Counted from the stretch's first letter, positions 32,510-44,240 are shown. The stretch is 64,000 bases of DNA from an uncultured Methanosarcinaceae archaeon (GCA_963721455.1 CAVRJG010000053.1:32001-96000), one strand, 5' to 3'. Numbers and translations: made by a program. The notes: generated from the sequence alone by a model not told the origin.

Positions 32510-33954
32510 ATGGAGAATTTTATGTTCCTTGCACCTGAAATTGCAGTCGTTGCAACTGGCCTGATTATACTGCTTATAGGGGTCTTCATGTCCCCACGAG
32601 CCAAGAATGTGCTGGGTTACCTGGCAACCCTGGGAATCCTTGCAGCTCTGGCTCTGACGATAGGAAGTTTCGGGGCAGAAGCCACCATGTTTTCGGGTAC
32701 TCTCAGCATTGATGCCCTCTCCCAGTTCTTCAAACTGGTCTTCCTGGCAGTTTCCCTGATTGTTTCGGTTGCTGCAATCAAGTATAATGAAAACAGTGAC
32801 CATACGGAAGAGTTCTATACCCTGGTGCTTTTCGCAACCTTCGGGATGATGGTTGTTGCATCTGCAAACGACCTGATCCTGCTCTTCTGTGCCTTTGAGC
32901 TGGCAAGTCTTGCTACTTACGCCCTTGCAGGCTTTGAGAAACAGAATCCAAGGTCCCTCGAAGGAGCTATGAAGTATTTCATAATAGGCTCGGTCTCAGC
33001 AGCCCTTATGCTCTTCGGGATTTCTTTTGTCTACGGGGCAACAGGCACTACCAGCATTCCCACGATTGCTGCAAACTCCGCCCTGCTTACAGAAAACCCG
33101 ATCGGACTTGTCGCAGTCGTGCTGCTGATTGCAGGCTTCGGCTTCAAAATGGCTCTTGTGCCTTTCCATATGTGGGCTCCGGATACCTACCAGGGATCAC
33201 CTTCAGTTGTTTCCGCCCTGCTTGCAGCCGGGTCGAAGAAAATGGGTTTTGTGGCAGCTTTCAGGGTTTTCATTTTAGCCCTTGCAGCCCTCCAGCCTGA
33301 CTGGCAGCTTGCCTTCACGATTCTGGCAGTGGTAACCATGACCTTCGGGAATGTGGTTGCAGTTTCCCAGACCAGCGTAAAACGCATGCTCGCCTACTCT
33401 TCTCTGGCACAGGCAGGGTATATTGCAATGGCTTTTGTGGTCATGACCCCAATGGCTCTTACAGGCGGGATCTTTTACGCCCTTGCCCATGCCTTTATGA
33501 AAGCAGGAGCATTTATTGCAGCCGGAGCAGTAGTCTGGATGGTGACCAAGCAAAGGACAGGAAACCTTGAAGTCCCTGACCACCTTGACAGCTTCAGGGG
33601 CCTTGGGAAGACAATGCCTTTTGCAGCTCTTTCCATGACGATTTTCGTCTTTGCCCTTGCAGGGATTCCCCCGACTGCAGGTTTCATGGCCAAGTTCGTG
33701 CTCTTCTCCTCGACCATTGAGGCAGGCATGACCTGGCTTGCAGTGGTTGCTATCCTGAACAGCGCCCTTTCACTGTTCTATTATGCACGGCTTGTGAAAT
33801 ACATGTACTTCCTCCCCCCGAAGGTAAAAAGATCGGCATGCCCCTCCCATTTGCAGCAGCTCTCCTGTTTGCAGTGGCAGGCGTGCTGGCTATGGGCTTC
33901 TGGCCCGAACCTTTCATGCAGTGGGCAATGGAAGCAGCAAAGGTACTGATCTAA
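32510..33954 (+). CDS. fpoN: F420H2 dehydrogenase subunit N, with an apparent 1-nt deletion near 33815
   Basis: LEGAMKYF, FKMALVPFHMWAPDTYQG; the C-terminal TM helix (EGKKIGMPLPFAAALLFAVAGVLAMGFWP..AKVLI*) is in another frame after a C run, ending at TAA 33952-33954. Confidence 0.93.
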
Positions 33955-33967
33955 GGAGGTATGAGAA

Positions 33968-34348
33968 ATGACAGATTGTGATCTTTGCGGGCGAGGAATC
34001 CCGACCGTTATCCCGGTCCGGGTCAATCCTCCCCTCCTCAAATTCGCCTACCCTGAAGGTGTCTGGAAAGGGCTCTGCGAAGTCTGCCTCGATTCAGCCC
34101 AGAAAACCTACTTAACTGTGGATAATGAAGAAATCTCGTGCAGGAAAGGCAAATGCTCTCTGTGCGGGAGAAAAAATAGGGTTTTCCCTGTCGAATTGCA
34201 AATCCCCAGTTTCTCAAAAGGGGTCGTAAAAAAGGACGTCCCTGTTTGCTCAAAATGCCTGGAAGCAGTCGATGAGGCTTATGTCAGGTTCAAAAGAGAA
34301 GAAATAGGTGGACACGGGAACGAGCACGAGCACGTTCATGAGCATTAA
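33968..34348 (+). CDS. fpoO: F420H2 dehydrogenase subunit O
   Basis: CDLCG..CEVC..CSLCG..CSKC; His-rich tail; last gene of the operon. Confidence 0.93.
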   Translation: MTDCDLCGRGIPTVIPVRVNPPLLKFAYPEGVWKGLCEVCLDSAQKTYLTVDNEEISCRKGKCSLCGRKNRVFPVELQIPSFSKGVVKKDVPVCSKCLEAVDEAYVRFKREEIGGHGNEHEHVHEH

Positions 34349-34546
34349 AAACATTGAGTAAAGCTGCATTTTGCGGCTTTATTTTCTTATTTTTCTTTTT
34401 TGGTGTCAGGTTGCCATCTAAGGCTTCTGTTTTCTAAATTTTTCGATTTTGTCGATTGCTCAGGGCAGAAAGAGTTTATTCCTTCGAGGCTTGAATTAAT
34501 CGTCTATTGATGTACTTCCTTAGAAAGAAAAGCTTTATTCGAGGTC

Positions 34547-34740
34547 TTAGTCGAAATCCATTCCTTCAATAAAACGTTCACAACTTTCAATCGTGTCAAG
34601 AATATCGTGCAGGTAGTTTTTTACAGTGCGCTCTTTCATACCTGTACGACCTCTTCAAGAATCTTCTTCCCTATCCTGGGTTTCAGCGCACTTTTCATGA
34701 CAGGGTCAACCTTCGCTTCCAATATATCTAAAAGATCATG
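34547..34740 (-). pseudogene. relic of a second MNT/HEPN (DUF86) toxin-antitoxin pair
   Basis: C-terminal MNT piece DLLDILEAKVDPVMKSALKPRIGKKILEEVVQV* overlaps (ATGA) an N-terminal HEPN piece MKERTVKNYLHDILDTIESCERFIEGMDFD* (34639-34547). Confidence 0.75.
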
Positions 34741-34859
34741 TTTAAGCCTATGAATTCAAAGAGATCAGGTACTTTGGAAAATTCTACCCGAAAAAAAATC
34801 ATTCAAAACAGAATTCCAACACTTTTTACAATGTCTAAAAAATACTCTAAAATTCCAAC

Positions 34860-35285
34860 TCATTTTTCAAGCTTTTCTACATATTCAGCTACATATGACG
34901 CAAATGAATCGAAATCGTCAAGGTTTTCTACAAGAAATTTTTTTATTATGTCAAGGTCAATATCCTCATATATATGAACCAGGAAATTTCTGAAACCTGC
35001 GGCAGCCGAGAGTTTTTCTGCAAAATCCCCGGGGAGAATTCCATGTCTTCCAAGAATCAAAAAGACACTTCTGTAATCTTCAGGCCTTTCAAACCCTTCT
35101 TCTGAAATGATTATTTCCCCGATATCTATGGCGCATTCTATGGCTAGTTGAAAGTTCCTTTCAATTGCGGAGCGCATTTCGTAGTTTTCTTCAAGGTTAA
35201 TGCTTTCGGTATCAATTGATTTAAGGTAGTTTACCGGACGCTGCATGAAGTTCAGCTTCCGAATTATCTTATCCGCCGCTGTCAC
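34860..35285 (-). CDS. hepT: HEPN/DUF86 RNase toxin (HepT-like, type VII TA)
   Basis: AIERNFQLAIECAIDI; FRNFLVHIY carries the Rx4H motif plus the adjacent Tyr. Confidence 0.88.
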   Translation of the reverse strand: MTAADKIIRKLNFMQRPVNYLKSIDTESINLEENYEMRSAIERNFQLAIECAIDIGEIIISEEGFERPEDYRSVFLILGRHGILPGDFAEKLSAAAGFRNFLVHIYEDIDLDIIKKFLVENLDDFDSFASYVAEYVEKLEK

Positions 35286-35732
35286 TTAAAATCCACCCTT
35301 CTCTCTTATTTTTTTTAGAAAAGCTCTGTTCAGAAAGTCTTCATGATATTTTCTATCCAGATATCTAGACATTATTTTCTGTTCAACGTCAAGCTTGAGA
35401 TCTTCATCTCTCACAAATACAGGAACATTGGGTTTTATTATTTCAAAATTAATAACAGGAAATGTATCGTTCATAATTATAAGGTCGACGCTGTCGGTTT
35501 TAAGGAAACCTGCAAGCTCAGCTGCTAATTCCAGGCGCTTGTCTATCCTTTCCACTTTTGTAAGCCTGCTTGAAAGGTAAACACCCACATCGATGTCACT
35601 TAAAGGCCCTCTATTATCCTCTGCCGTTGATCCAAAGAGGTATGCCAGCTCAACGCCTTCTTGCGATTTGAAAAATTCGGCAAGTTTGGAAATTATAGTC
35701 TCTTTTTCCAGCTTATTGATCTCAGGGATCAT
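35286..35732 (-). CDS. mntA: minimal nucleotidyltransferase antitoxin (MntA-like)
   Basis: AYLFGSTAEDNRGPLSDIDVGV matches GSx10DxD; directly upstream of the HEPN gene. Confidence 0.88.
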   Translation of the reverse strand: MIPEINKLEKETIISKLAEFFKSQEGVELAYLFGSTAEDNRGPLSDIDVGVYLSSRLTKVERIDKRLELAAELAGFLKTDSVDLIIMNDTFPVINFEIIKPNVPVFVRDEDLKLDVEQKIMSRYLDRKYHEDFLNRAFLKKIREKGGF

Positions 35733-36059
35733 TACATTGTTTCCTATGTTTTATTCTTTCAAATAGATTCTCTCGATTTCTTTCAAAATTTTCCAAACCA
35801 ACTCAAAAATCTGTTTAAGTCAGGCTGGATCTCTGAACAATTCTTTTTCTTCTCTTTCGGAAAATCTCACGGTTAAATCTCACGATTAATAAACGTTTTT
35901 TCATCTAAAAACAAAAAAACAGTTGATATATAAAGAATGAATTTAATCTGTATATTAGTAAATTATATTCATTATACACAATAACTGTCGGTTTAAAGTT
36001 TATCCTATCTTGAACCCGACGGGCTGTGCAAAGTATCTGGGGGGTCAGTTCTGAAAATC

Positions 36060-37445
36060 GTGTTTATCGGAGATTGTCATGCCGGGCGGATGTTCAGTGC
36101 CGCACTGGTCACGGTTTTATTTTTGCTTTCAGCAGGCATCGGAAGTGCGGAGATTATTTACGTAGAACCCGGGAATTCAATTCAGGCTGCAGTAAATAAT
36201 TCTACATCCGGGGATTTTGTCATTGTGAAAGCTGGGGAGTATGAGGAGAATATTGTTGTCAATGTTTCAGGGCTGACGATCAGCTCGGAATCCGGGAGCC
36301 CTGATAGCGTGCTTGTAAGGGGCAGGGAGAAAGACTCCAGCATATTTCAGGTTAAAGCAGATAACGTAACTATCAGCGGCTTTAATATAACCGGATTAGG
36401 GGAAGTTTCCAGCGTTCCTGAAACTTCAGGTTCCACAAATTCTTCTGACCCGGCCAGTAATTCAAGTGATGAGAAAATGGGGAAGGCTTCCGGTTCCGGA
36501 CCAGATACGCTTATTTACCAATGGGACGGGGTTGGCTGTCCTTCAGCAGGAATTTGCCTTGAACATGTTAACAACTGCACAATCGAGAAAAATATTTTTT
36601 CCGATAACAGGTACGGGGTCTACCTGCAGGACTCCAGGAACAGCACACTCTTGAAGAATACTTTTTTCCGCAATGGTATCTGGCTTGACGAAGGTTGCGG
36701 CCAGAATCTACTGCTAAATAACCTGGTTGAAGAGAGCTCTATCCTCCTGGGTGCTCACTGCTGGGACAATATAATGTTCCAGAACCGGCTCTCGAACGGC
36801 GAAGGAATAAGTATTGCCTGCTGCGGTGGAAACAATCTCGTTTCAAAGAATGATATCATAAACTGCAGTACCGGCATCTACATTTTTGACGTTCAGGCAA
36901 GGACCGTCCTGCGTGACAACCGGATTACGGGCTGCGGGAACGGAATTTACTTCAATTTCGTCTTCGACTCCAGAGTCTATAATAATACGATCTCAAACGG
37001 CAACACAGGCATCTTTTTGAGAGACGAATGCCACGACAATGAACTGTCCAGCAATAAAATAATTTTGAGTAAAGAATCCGGCATTTATTTGCTGGAATAC
37101 AGTGCTGATAACCGCATCCACAACAATTACTTTAATAACAGCATAAATGTAAAGGTAGAGAATGCTGAAGGAAATATCTGGAATACTACAAAGGCGCCAG
37201 GAACGAATATTGTACAGGGGCCAAATCTGGGGGGGAACTTCTGGGCGAATTTGAAAGGAACCGGTTTTTCCCAGATCTCCAATGATTCGGATTCGGACGG
37301 GATTTGCGACCTTCCATACAATATCAACGGAAGTGATTTTGATTATCTTCCTCTTGCCAGGCCTCCTTCTGTGCCTGGGGTGGATTCAACAACTGCAGGA
37401 GATTCCAAAGAAAATATGGATTACAGGGAAAATCAAAAAAAGTAA
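36060..37445 (+). CDS. secreted NosD/CASH right-handed beta-helix surface protein
   Basis: Signal peptide; SIQAAVN..GEY.ENI.V; repeated N.I.N...GI.L; GGNFW..DSDGICDLPY...DYLPL. Confidence 0.85.
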   Translation: MFIGDCHAGRMFSAALVTVLFLLSAGIGSAEIIYVEPGNSIQAAVNNSTSGDFVIVKAGEYEENIVVNVSGLTISSESGSPDSVLVRGREKDSSIFQVKADNVTISGFNITGLGEVSSVPETSGSTNSSDPASNSSDEKMGKASGSGPDTLIYQWDGVGCPSAGICLEHVNNCTIEKNIFSDNRYGVYLQDSRNSTLLKNTFFRNGIWLDEGCGQNLLLNNLVEESSILLGAHCWDNIMFQNRLSNGEGISIACCGGNNLVSKNDIINCSTGIYIFDVQARTVLRDNRITGCGNGIYFNFVFDSRVYNNTISNGNTGIFLRDECHDNELSSNKIILSKESGIYLLEYSADNRIHNNYFNNSINVKVENAEGNIWNTTKAPGTNIVQGPNLGGNFWANLKGTGFSQISNDSDSDGICDLPYNINGSDFDYLPLARPPSVPGVDSTTAGDSKENMDYRENQKK

Positions 37446-37834
37446 TGAGAGTTATCTCAATTTTTCTATTCTCTCCATTCCCTTTTCATTTTGCATGGTT
37501 GTTTATGGGGTAACAAGCCTGTAAACATTCTTTAGTTATTTAATGTATAACATACTATAGTCTTATAAATTAAATTCTCTGCTTATTTAATTTAGACTTA
37601 TTTAATATTACATTTAGGGGATGATGCGATATATCTACGGAGCCTTTAGATATTTTATTAGTTCTTGCCTTTCTCACGTGTGTTACTTATTTTTTATTTA
37701 AGCCGAAAAAAAGGTCAAAAAACTAAACATCGGTATCTACGTGTACAATCTCTATAATCAAATGAAACCTCAGATTACTACCGATGAATCATAACAGTAC
37801 TTGCTGCACTAAAGAGAATCTAAATTTATAGAAC

Positions 37835-37879
37835 GAAGCATAAAACCCGTTAAATCTTTTGATTTAGCGGGTAGTTCAC
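37835..37879 (+). mobile_element. probable IS200/IS605 right-end remnant
   Basis: Hairpin CCCGTTAAATC-TTTT-GATTTAGCGGG followed directly by TAGTTCAC. Confidence 0.45.
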
Positions 37880-37941
37880 CTATACATTCCTATACTGTGA
37901 CAAAAAATTCATGTGGGATAAACTCCTTAATTATAATTAGT

Positions 37942-39423
37942 ATGACACGTTCAGCGGGAATATGGTTATTTCTGGCACTGGGTCTGTTCTTCTGCCTGTT
38001 TACAGGTTTGGGGGCTGCAGACCCTGTTGCCCTGGATAATGGGGATGTAAACCTTTCGGAACTCAGGGCTTTTGACCTGCTCTGCAAATGTGAAACAGGA
38101 TGCATAGTCAATACAGTTTCCCTCTCTTCCAGCGGGAATTACCTTGCAGTCGGAGGGTTTGATTACAATGTTTATCTTTTTAATTCCGAGGGGAATAAAC
38201 TTTGGAATTATACCACCGGAGATATTATCTATACAGTATCAATTTCTTCTGATGGGACTTGTGTAGCCGCAGGAAGTAACGATAAGAAGGTATACTTTTT
38301 TAACCGGAAAGGAGATTTGCTCTGGAGTTACGAAACAGGGGGCAGCCTGAATAGTGCGGCGGTCTCTTCCGACGGTTCGCATGTGGCAGCAGGCAGTGAG
38401 GACGGCAAGGTTTACTTCTTTAACAGAGAAGGTAAACTCTTATGGAATTTTGATTCCGGGGATGCCGTCCGGAGTGTTGCCATCTCCAGAGATGGGTCTT
38501 ATATTACAGCCGGGGGTTCCAATCGGTATGTTTATCTCTTTGACAGCAAAGGAAACAAGATATGGGGACGGAAGACAGGCAGTGTAATCAATAGTGTGTG
38601 CATGACTCCACATGCCGATTATGTGGCTGCCGGCGGATCTAATTATAACGTCTATCTATTTGACCCGAAAGGGGAATTTTCCTGGATTCACAATCCTTCT
38701 TACTGGGTCAGCAGTGTTTCGCTAACGAGCAATGGTTCATGTCTTGCAGCAGGAAGTTTTGACGACAAAATCTACCTGTTTAACAGTGCAGGGACAAAAC
38801 TCTGGGACTATCAGGTAAAAGATGACGTCTACAGTGTTGCAGTTTCCCCGGATACATCATTCATTGCAGCCGGAAGCTGGGACGATACGCTTTACGTCCT
38901 CAGTATGGAAGGGGATGAGTTTTGGAACTATAGCTGCGGAGGAAATATCAACAGCTTATCCATTTCTCGCGATAGCTCAACCCTTGCTGTGGGAAGCGAT
39001 GCCGGGGCAGCATATCTTTTTGAGCGGAATTCCACGGCTTTTGCATTGCTCTTTGGAGACGAGCGTTTTCTTTCCAGAGAAAGCACTCAAGAATCTGACA
39101 CAATTAAGGCAGGAGAAACCGGACTGCCGTTAAAAAAAGATACGACAACGACAGGAGGCGTTGAAAATATAGTTGAGATTGCTTCGGCCTCCTCAGGTAA
39201 AGTGCCGGGTGATACAAAAACTGCAGAGAACTCAGCCTCTGCAGAAAGCTCTTCAAAGCTTCTGGAATTGCTCAATTTTTTTAAATTTCCTATAGTTCTT
39301 TTACTTGCAGTTTTAATAGTGGCGTTTTTCTTGAAAAAGAGGACCTTTAAAAAACAGACGAGAGATAAGGACTTTGAAGACTTTGAAAATCTTGAAGAGG
39401 AAAATAACAGGCCTGAAAATTAA
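37942..39423 (+). CDS. membrane-anchored WD40/PQQ-type beta-propeller surface protein
   Basis: Signal peptide; about 8 repeats of SV.IS.DG..VAAGS.D..VY.F...G..LW; C-terminal TM helix followed by basic residues; start 37897 or 37942. Confidence 0.88.
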   Translation: MTRSAGIWLFLALGLFFCLFTGLGAADPVALDNGDVNLSELRAFDLLCKCETGCIVNTVSLSSSGNYLAVGGFDYNVYLFNSEGNKLWNYTTGDIIYTVSISSDGTCVAAGSNDKKVYFFNRKGDLLWSYETGGSLNSAAVSSDGSHVAAGSEDGKVYFFNREGKLLWNFDSGDAVRSVAISRDGSYITAGGSNRYVYLFDSKGNKIWGRKTGSVINSVCMTPHADYVAAGGSNYNVYLFDPKGEFSWIHNPSYWVSSVSLTSNGSCLAAGSFDDKIYLFNSAGTKLWDYQVKDDVYSVAVSPDTSFIAAGSWDDTLYVLSMEGDEFWNYSCGGNINSLSISRDSSTLAVGSDAGAAYLFERNSTAFALLFGDERFLSRESTQESDTIKAGETGLPLKKDTTTTGGVENIVEIASASSGKVPGDTKTAENSASAESSSKLLELLNFFKFPIVLLLAVLIVAFFLKKRTFKKQTRDKDFEDFENLEEENNRPEN

Positions 39424-39514
39424 CAAGAAAACCTTGAAACCTGATATTTCAGCTCCGGAGGCTTAGACAGTCAGCTCTGCAATCTATCTATACCTCCCGG
39501 ATTTTAAATGTTTT

Positions 39515-40162
39515 TCAGATTTCTTTACTTGCAGCTTCAGATAAAACCCTTATATGGAATTCCGAATCAAGCTCGTTTGCAAGCGTTTTACATTTTTCCA
39601 GGTCTATTTCGGACACCTTAACTACCGTAACTCTTGTACTGATTCCCGCCTTTCTTGCTCCCCTTATAAAATCAAGTACTGCTCTGTAAGCATTTTTGTG
39701 AATTGGCCTGCAGAGTTTGTTATATTTTTCTTCGGACTCTGCATTCAGGCTTACGGAGATGGAATCGATTCCTGCTTTTTTCAATTCCGAGATCACATCT
39801 TTTCCGGGGTTTATCAGGGCTGCATGTCCGTTGGTATCAAGCCTGACTCTGATATTCCGGCATTTAAGCCAGCGGGTCACTGCAAGCACCACATCGAACC
39901 TGAGGGTCGGCTCTCCAAGGCCCGTGAATACGATTTCTCTATATTTCGAAAGATCCAGGTTTTCAAGGGCTCCGATAATTTCCTCTGTTGAGGGCTCTTT
40001 TGAAAGCCTCAGGTCGTATCCGTAAACCCCGTCTGCAAAGTTGCGGATACAAAAGATACAGTCTGCACTGCAGCGGTTCGTAAGGTTAATATAGAGATTT
40101 TTATGAGCTTCGTAGTAAATTGTGTCCATGCGATCAAAATTTATTGCATTCCTTATAACCAT
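39515..40162 (-). CDS. TatD-associated-type radical SAM protein
   Basis: LYINLTNRCSADCIFCIRN; LSKEPS; EIVFTGLGEPTLR; RLDTNGH. Confidence 0.88.
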   Translation of the reverse strand: MVIRNAINFDRMDTIYYEAHKNLYINLTNRCSADCIFCIRNFADGVYGYDLRLSKEPSTEEIIGALENLDLSKYREIVFTGLGEPTLRFDVVLAVTRWLKCRNIRVRLDTNGHAALINPGKDVISELKKAGIDSISVSLNAESEEKYNKLCRPIHKNAYRAVLDFIRGARKAGISTRVTVVKVSEIDLEKCKTLANELDSEFHIRVLSEAASKEI

Positions 40163-40473
40163 GACGCATTAATTCATTTTTTATCCGGAAACTTGAAATG
40201 ATGCTATATATACGAATTTTTTATTTCTTTACTTCTGTTTTTCGGTTATGACTCGTGTTTTCAAGCAGAAAGTTTATAGGCAATTATGTACTTCTAAGGT
40301 TCGATCTGCAGCATTTAGCTAGCAGTATCTATGTTTCAACTCATTTACTCTCCGCATTGAAGCATCTCAGGTTCTCTTTTAGGAATTTGGATTCTCAATG
40401 TTGACAGATGTGTGTTAAAAACCTATGATTGATGAAAAATTGCGGCATTCGCAATTTCGAAGGAGAATCTTAA

Positions 40474-40836
<363 letters not shown>

Positions 40837-40845
40837 TCCTGATAA

Positions 40846-41082
<237 letters not shown>

Positions 41083-41098
41083 GAAAGCGGTGAAATAG

Positions 41099-41287
<189 letters not shown>

Positions 41288-41332
41288 AGAAATTGAATCC
41301 AGTTTATTTGTTCGGATTATTAAGGTGTGCAT

Positions 41333-41782
41333 ATGGAACAGACATACGTTATGGTAAAGCCTGACGGAGTCCAGCGCGGGCTGGTTGGGGAGATCATTTC
41401 CAGAATCGAAAAGCGGGGTCTGAAAATCGTTTCTCTCAGGATGAACGTTATCAGTGAAGCCACTGCAAAGGAACACTACGGTGAACATGCAGCCAGGCCT
41501 TTCTTCCCTTCCCTTATCGAATTCGTCACCTCCGGCCCCTCGGTCTCGATGGTAGTTGCCGGAAAAGATGCAGTCAGGGTTATGAGGGCTGTAAATGGGG
41601 CTACAAACCCGGTAGATGCGGCTCCAGGAACGATCCGCGGGGATTTTGCTCTGGATGTAGGCAGAAACGTAGTTCATGCATCCGATTCCCCCGACGCTGC
41701 AGCAAGGGAAATTGCAATTCACTTTAAGGACTCCGAAATCGGGAAATATTCCAGGATCGATGAAGTCTGTCTGTACGAATAA
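41333..41782 (+). CDS. ndk: nucleoside diphosphate kinase
   Basis: [32 protein letters not shown]. Confidence 0.97.
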   Translation: MEQTYVMVKPDGVQRGLVGEIISRIEKRGLKIVSLRMNVISEATAKEHYGEHAARPFFPSLIEFVTSGPSVSMVVAGKDAVRVMRAVNGATNPVDAAPGTIRGDFALDVGRNVVHASDSPDAAAREIAIHFKDSEIGKYSRIDEVCLYE

Positions 41783-41939
41783 AGCAGGTGCATCAAAGCC
41801 TTTTCGTGTTCCTGAGAGTTTCAGGGCGCGATTCCAAGCCTTTGTTTATCCGGTACCTGCAAAATGGGTCCTTCCGGGGAAACCCGGACCCTTCTGGACC
41901 TGCAGCGAATAAGACGCGGGAATGAGAGAGGTTTTGCAT

Positions 41940-43715
41940 ATGACCGACAAGAAAAATTTAAGGACTCCTATAGTCTGCGTGATGGGGCACGTCGACCACG
42001 GAAAAACTACTCTGCTGGACAAGATCAGGGGTACTGCAGTTGTTCGCGGAGAAGCCGGAGCCATCACCCAGCATATCGGAGCAACTGAAGTCCCGATAGG
42101 CGTGATTGTCGACAAGCTCGGAGATCCACGGCTCAGAGACCGTTTCATTGTACCAGGGCTGCTCTTTATTGATACGCCTGGGCACCATGCCTTTACAACC
42201 CTCAGGAGCAGGGGAGGCGCCCTCGCCGACCTTGCAATTGTTGTAGTGGATATAAACGAAGGCTTCAAGCCCCAGACCTATGAAAGCCTGCAGATCTTAA
42301 AGCGGTTCAAAACTCCTTTTGTTGTTGTTGCCAATAAGATCGACAGGATTGGCGGCTGGGTCCCACAAAAAGACCTGCCTTTTGCTGCCACTTTCAAAAA
42401 GCAGTCCTACGAGGTCCAGGCCCGGCTTGAGACAAAGCTCTATGAGGTAATAGGTGAGCTCTACAACCAGGGCTTTGCAGCAGAACGTTACGACAGGGTT
42501 ACAAACTTCCAGAAAATGCTGGGTGTAGTGCCTGTGAGTGCTGTCACAGGGGAAGGAATTCCTGATGTTCTGATGGTACTCCTCGGCCTGACCCAGAAGT
42601 TCCTTGAAGCAAATCTCCAGTACAGCGCCAAAGGCCCAGGAGTCGGGACTGTGCTTGAGGTCAAGGAAGAAAAAGGTCTGGGTGCAACGCTTGATGTTAT
42701 TCTCTATGACGGCACGTTGAAGAAAGGGGATACTGTCGTTATCGGAAGCCTTGGAGAGCCGATCCAGACCAAGGTGCGTGCTCTCTTAAAGCCCAGAGAA
42801 CTTTCTGAGATCCGCTACGAAAGCAAGTTCCAGCAGGTAAATAAGGTCACTGCTGCGGCTGGTGTAAAGATTTCGGCTCCAGGTCTCGAAGGTGCCCTTG
42901 CAGGCTCTCCGATAAGGGTTGCTACGGAAGAAACCCTTGATGAAATCGTAGCGCAGGTAAAGTCCGAGATCGATGAGGTCAGGATTGATACGGGTTCAGT
43001 AGGGATCATAATCAAAGCAGATACCCTGGGTTCCCTTGAAGCCCTTGTCCACGAGTTCCGGAAAGATGAAGTCCCTATCAGGAAAGCCGAAGTAGGAGAC
43101 ATCTCGCACAGGGACGCGATCGAGGCTTCGACAGTTGAAGACCCTCTCTATTCGGTGCTTATAGGTTTCAATGTCAAAGTTCACCTTGACGCCAGAGATT
43201 TCCTGCAGGAAAGCACTGTGAAGGTGCTCACAAGTGATGTGATCTACCGCCTGGTTGAAGACTACCAGAAATACGTAAAAGAACAGAAGGAACTGGCTGA
43301 AAAGAAGATTTTCGAAACCATCATCCGCCCTGGAAAATTCAAAATTCTTCCGGGATGCGTGTTCCGTCAGAGCAAACCCGCAGTTGTCGGGGTAAGGGTG
43401 CTTGGCGGGGTCGTGCGGACAAACGCAGATGTCATGCTTGAAAACGGAACCGTCATAGGCAAGATCAAGGGCCTGCAGTCCGACGGGGAAAACATTCCTT
43501 CTGCAAGGGTAGGCAAGGAAGTTGCAATGGCAATTGACGGTGCAACCGTAGGCAGACAGATCAAAGAAGAAGATGTGCTCTATATCAATGTGCCTGAAAG
43601 GCATGCCAAAGTTCTTGAGCACGAAATCTACGCTTCCCTTTCAACTGATGAAAAGGAAACTCTTGACATTTTCCTTACACTCAAGCGGAAAGACAATCCT
43701 TTCTGGGCAAAATAA
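41940..43715 (+). CDS. infB: translation initiation factor aIF5B (IF-2)
   Basis: GHVDHGKTTLLD, EAGAITQHIGA, DTPGH, NKID; no intein visible. Confidence 0.97.
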   Translation: MTDKKNLRTPIVCVMGHVDHGKTTLLDKIRGTAVVRGEAGAITQHIGATEVPIGVIVDKLGDPRLRDRFIVPGLLFIDTPGHHAFTTLRSRGGALADLAIVVVDINEGFKPQTYESLQILKRFKTPFVVVANKIDRIGGWVPQKDLPFAATFKKQSYEVQARLETKLYEVIGELYNQGFAAERYDRVTNFQKMLGVVPVSAVTGEGIPDVLMVLLGLTQKFLEANLQYSAKGPGVGTVLEVKEEKGLGATLDVILYDGTLKKGDTVVIGSLGEPIQTKVRALLKPRELSEIRYESKFQQVNKVTAAAGVKISAPGLEGALAGSPIRVATEETLDEIVAQVKSEIDEVRIDTGSVGIIIKADTLGSLEALVHEFRKDEVPIRKAEVGDISHRDAIEASTVEDPLYSVLIGFNVKVHLDARDFLQESTVKVLTSDVIYRLVEDYQKYVKEQKELAEKKIFETIIRPGKFKILPGCVFRQSKPAVVGVRVLGGVVRTNADVMLENGTVIGKIKGLQSDGENIPSARVGKEVAMAIDGATVGRQIKEEDVLYINVPERHAKVLEHEIYASLSTDEKETLDIFLTLKRKDNPFWAK

Positions 43716-43826
43716 TGGCTGATGTGCAGGGCAGCAGCATATTAAGGCTCAGTAAGAATGCGGATAAAGAAGGCAAGGTAAGGCAAAGGAATAATTAAAA
43801 GTAAATCTGATATTGGAGGATTTCAT

Positions 43827-44237
43827 ATGGCTAATTTCAAAGTTGTAGTATCTGACCCAAAAGAGGGGCGTGCTTACCAGGTCGATTTAAAGGACGCTGA
43901 AGCAAACGCATTAATCGGAAAATCAATCGGTGAAGTTGTTGACGGTGCCATTTTCGGGCTCGCCGGATATAAAGTCAAGATCACTGGCGGCTGTGACGGC
44001 AGCGGTTTTGTTATGAAACCCGACCTTCCTGGCCCCAGAAGGCAGAGAATTCTGCTGGCAGTAGGTGTAGGTTATACTCCCAAGCTGCCGGGACAGCGCA
44101 GGAGAAAGATGATGCGCGGCAAGGAAATTGCTCATGACATCGTCCAGGTCAACGCCAAGATCGTTGAGTACGGAAGCAAATCCATAAAAGCTCTTCTCGG
44201 CCTCGAAGGCGGAGAAGCTCCAGCCCCAGCAGAGTGA
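43827..44237 (+). CDS. rps6e: 30S ribosomal protein S6e
   Basis: KVVVSDP..ITGG.DGSGF.MKPD..G.RRRK..RG. Confidence 0.96.
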   Translation: MANFKVVVSDPKEGRAYQVDLKDAEANALIGKSIGEVVDGAIFGLAGYKVKITGGCDGSGFVMKPDLPGPRRQRILLAVGVGYTPKLPGQRRRKMMRGKEIAHDIVQVNAKIVEYGSKSIKALLGLEGGEAPAPAE

Positions 44238-44240
44238 TTT

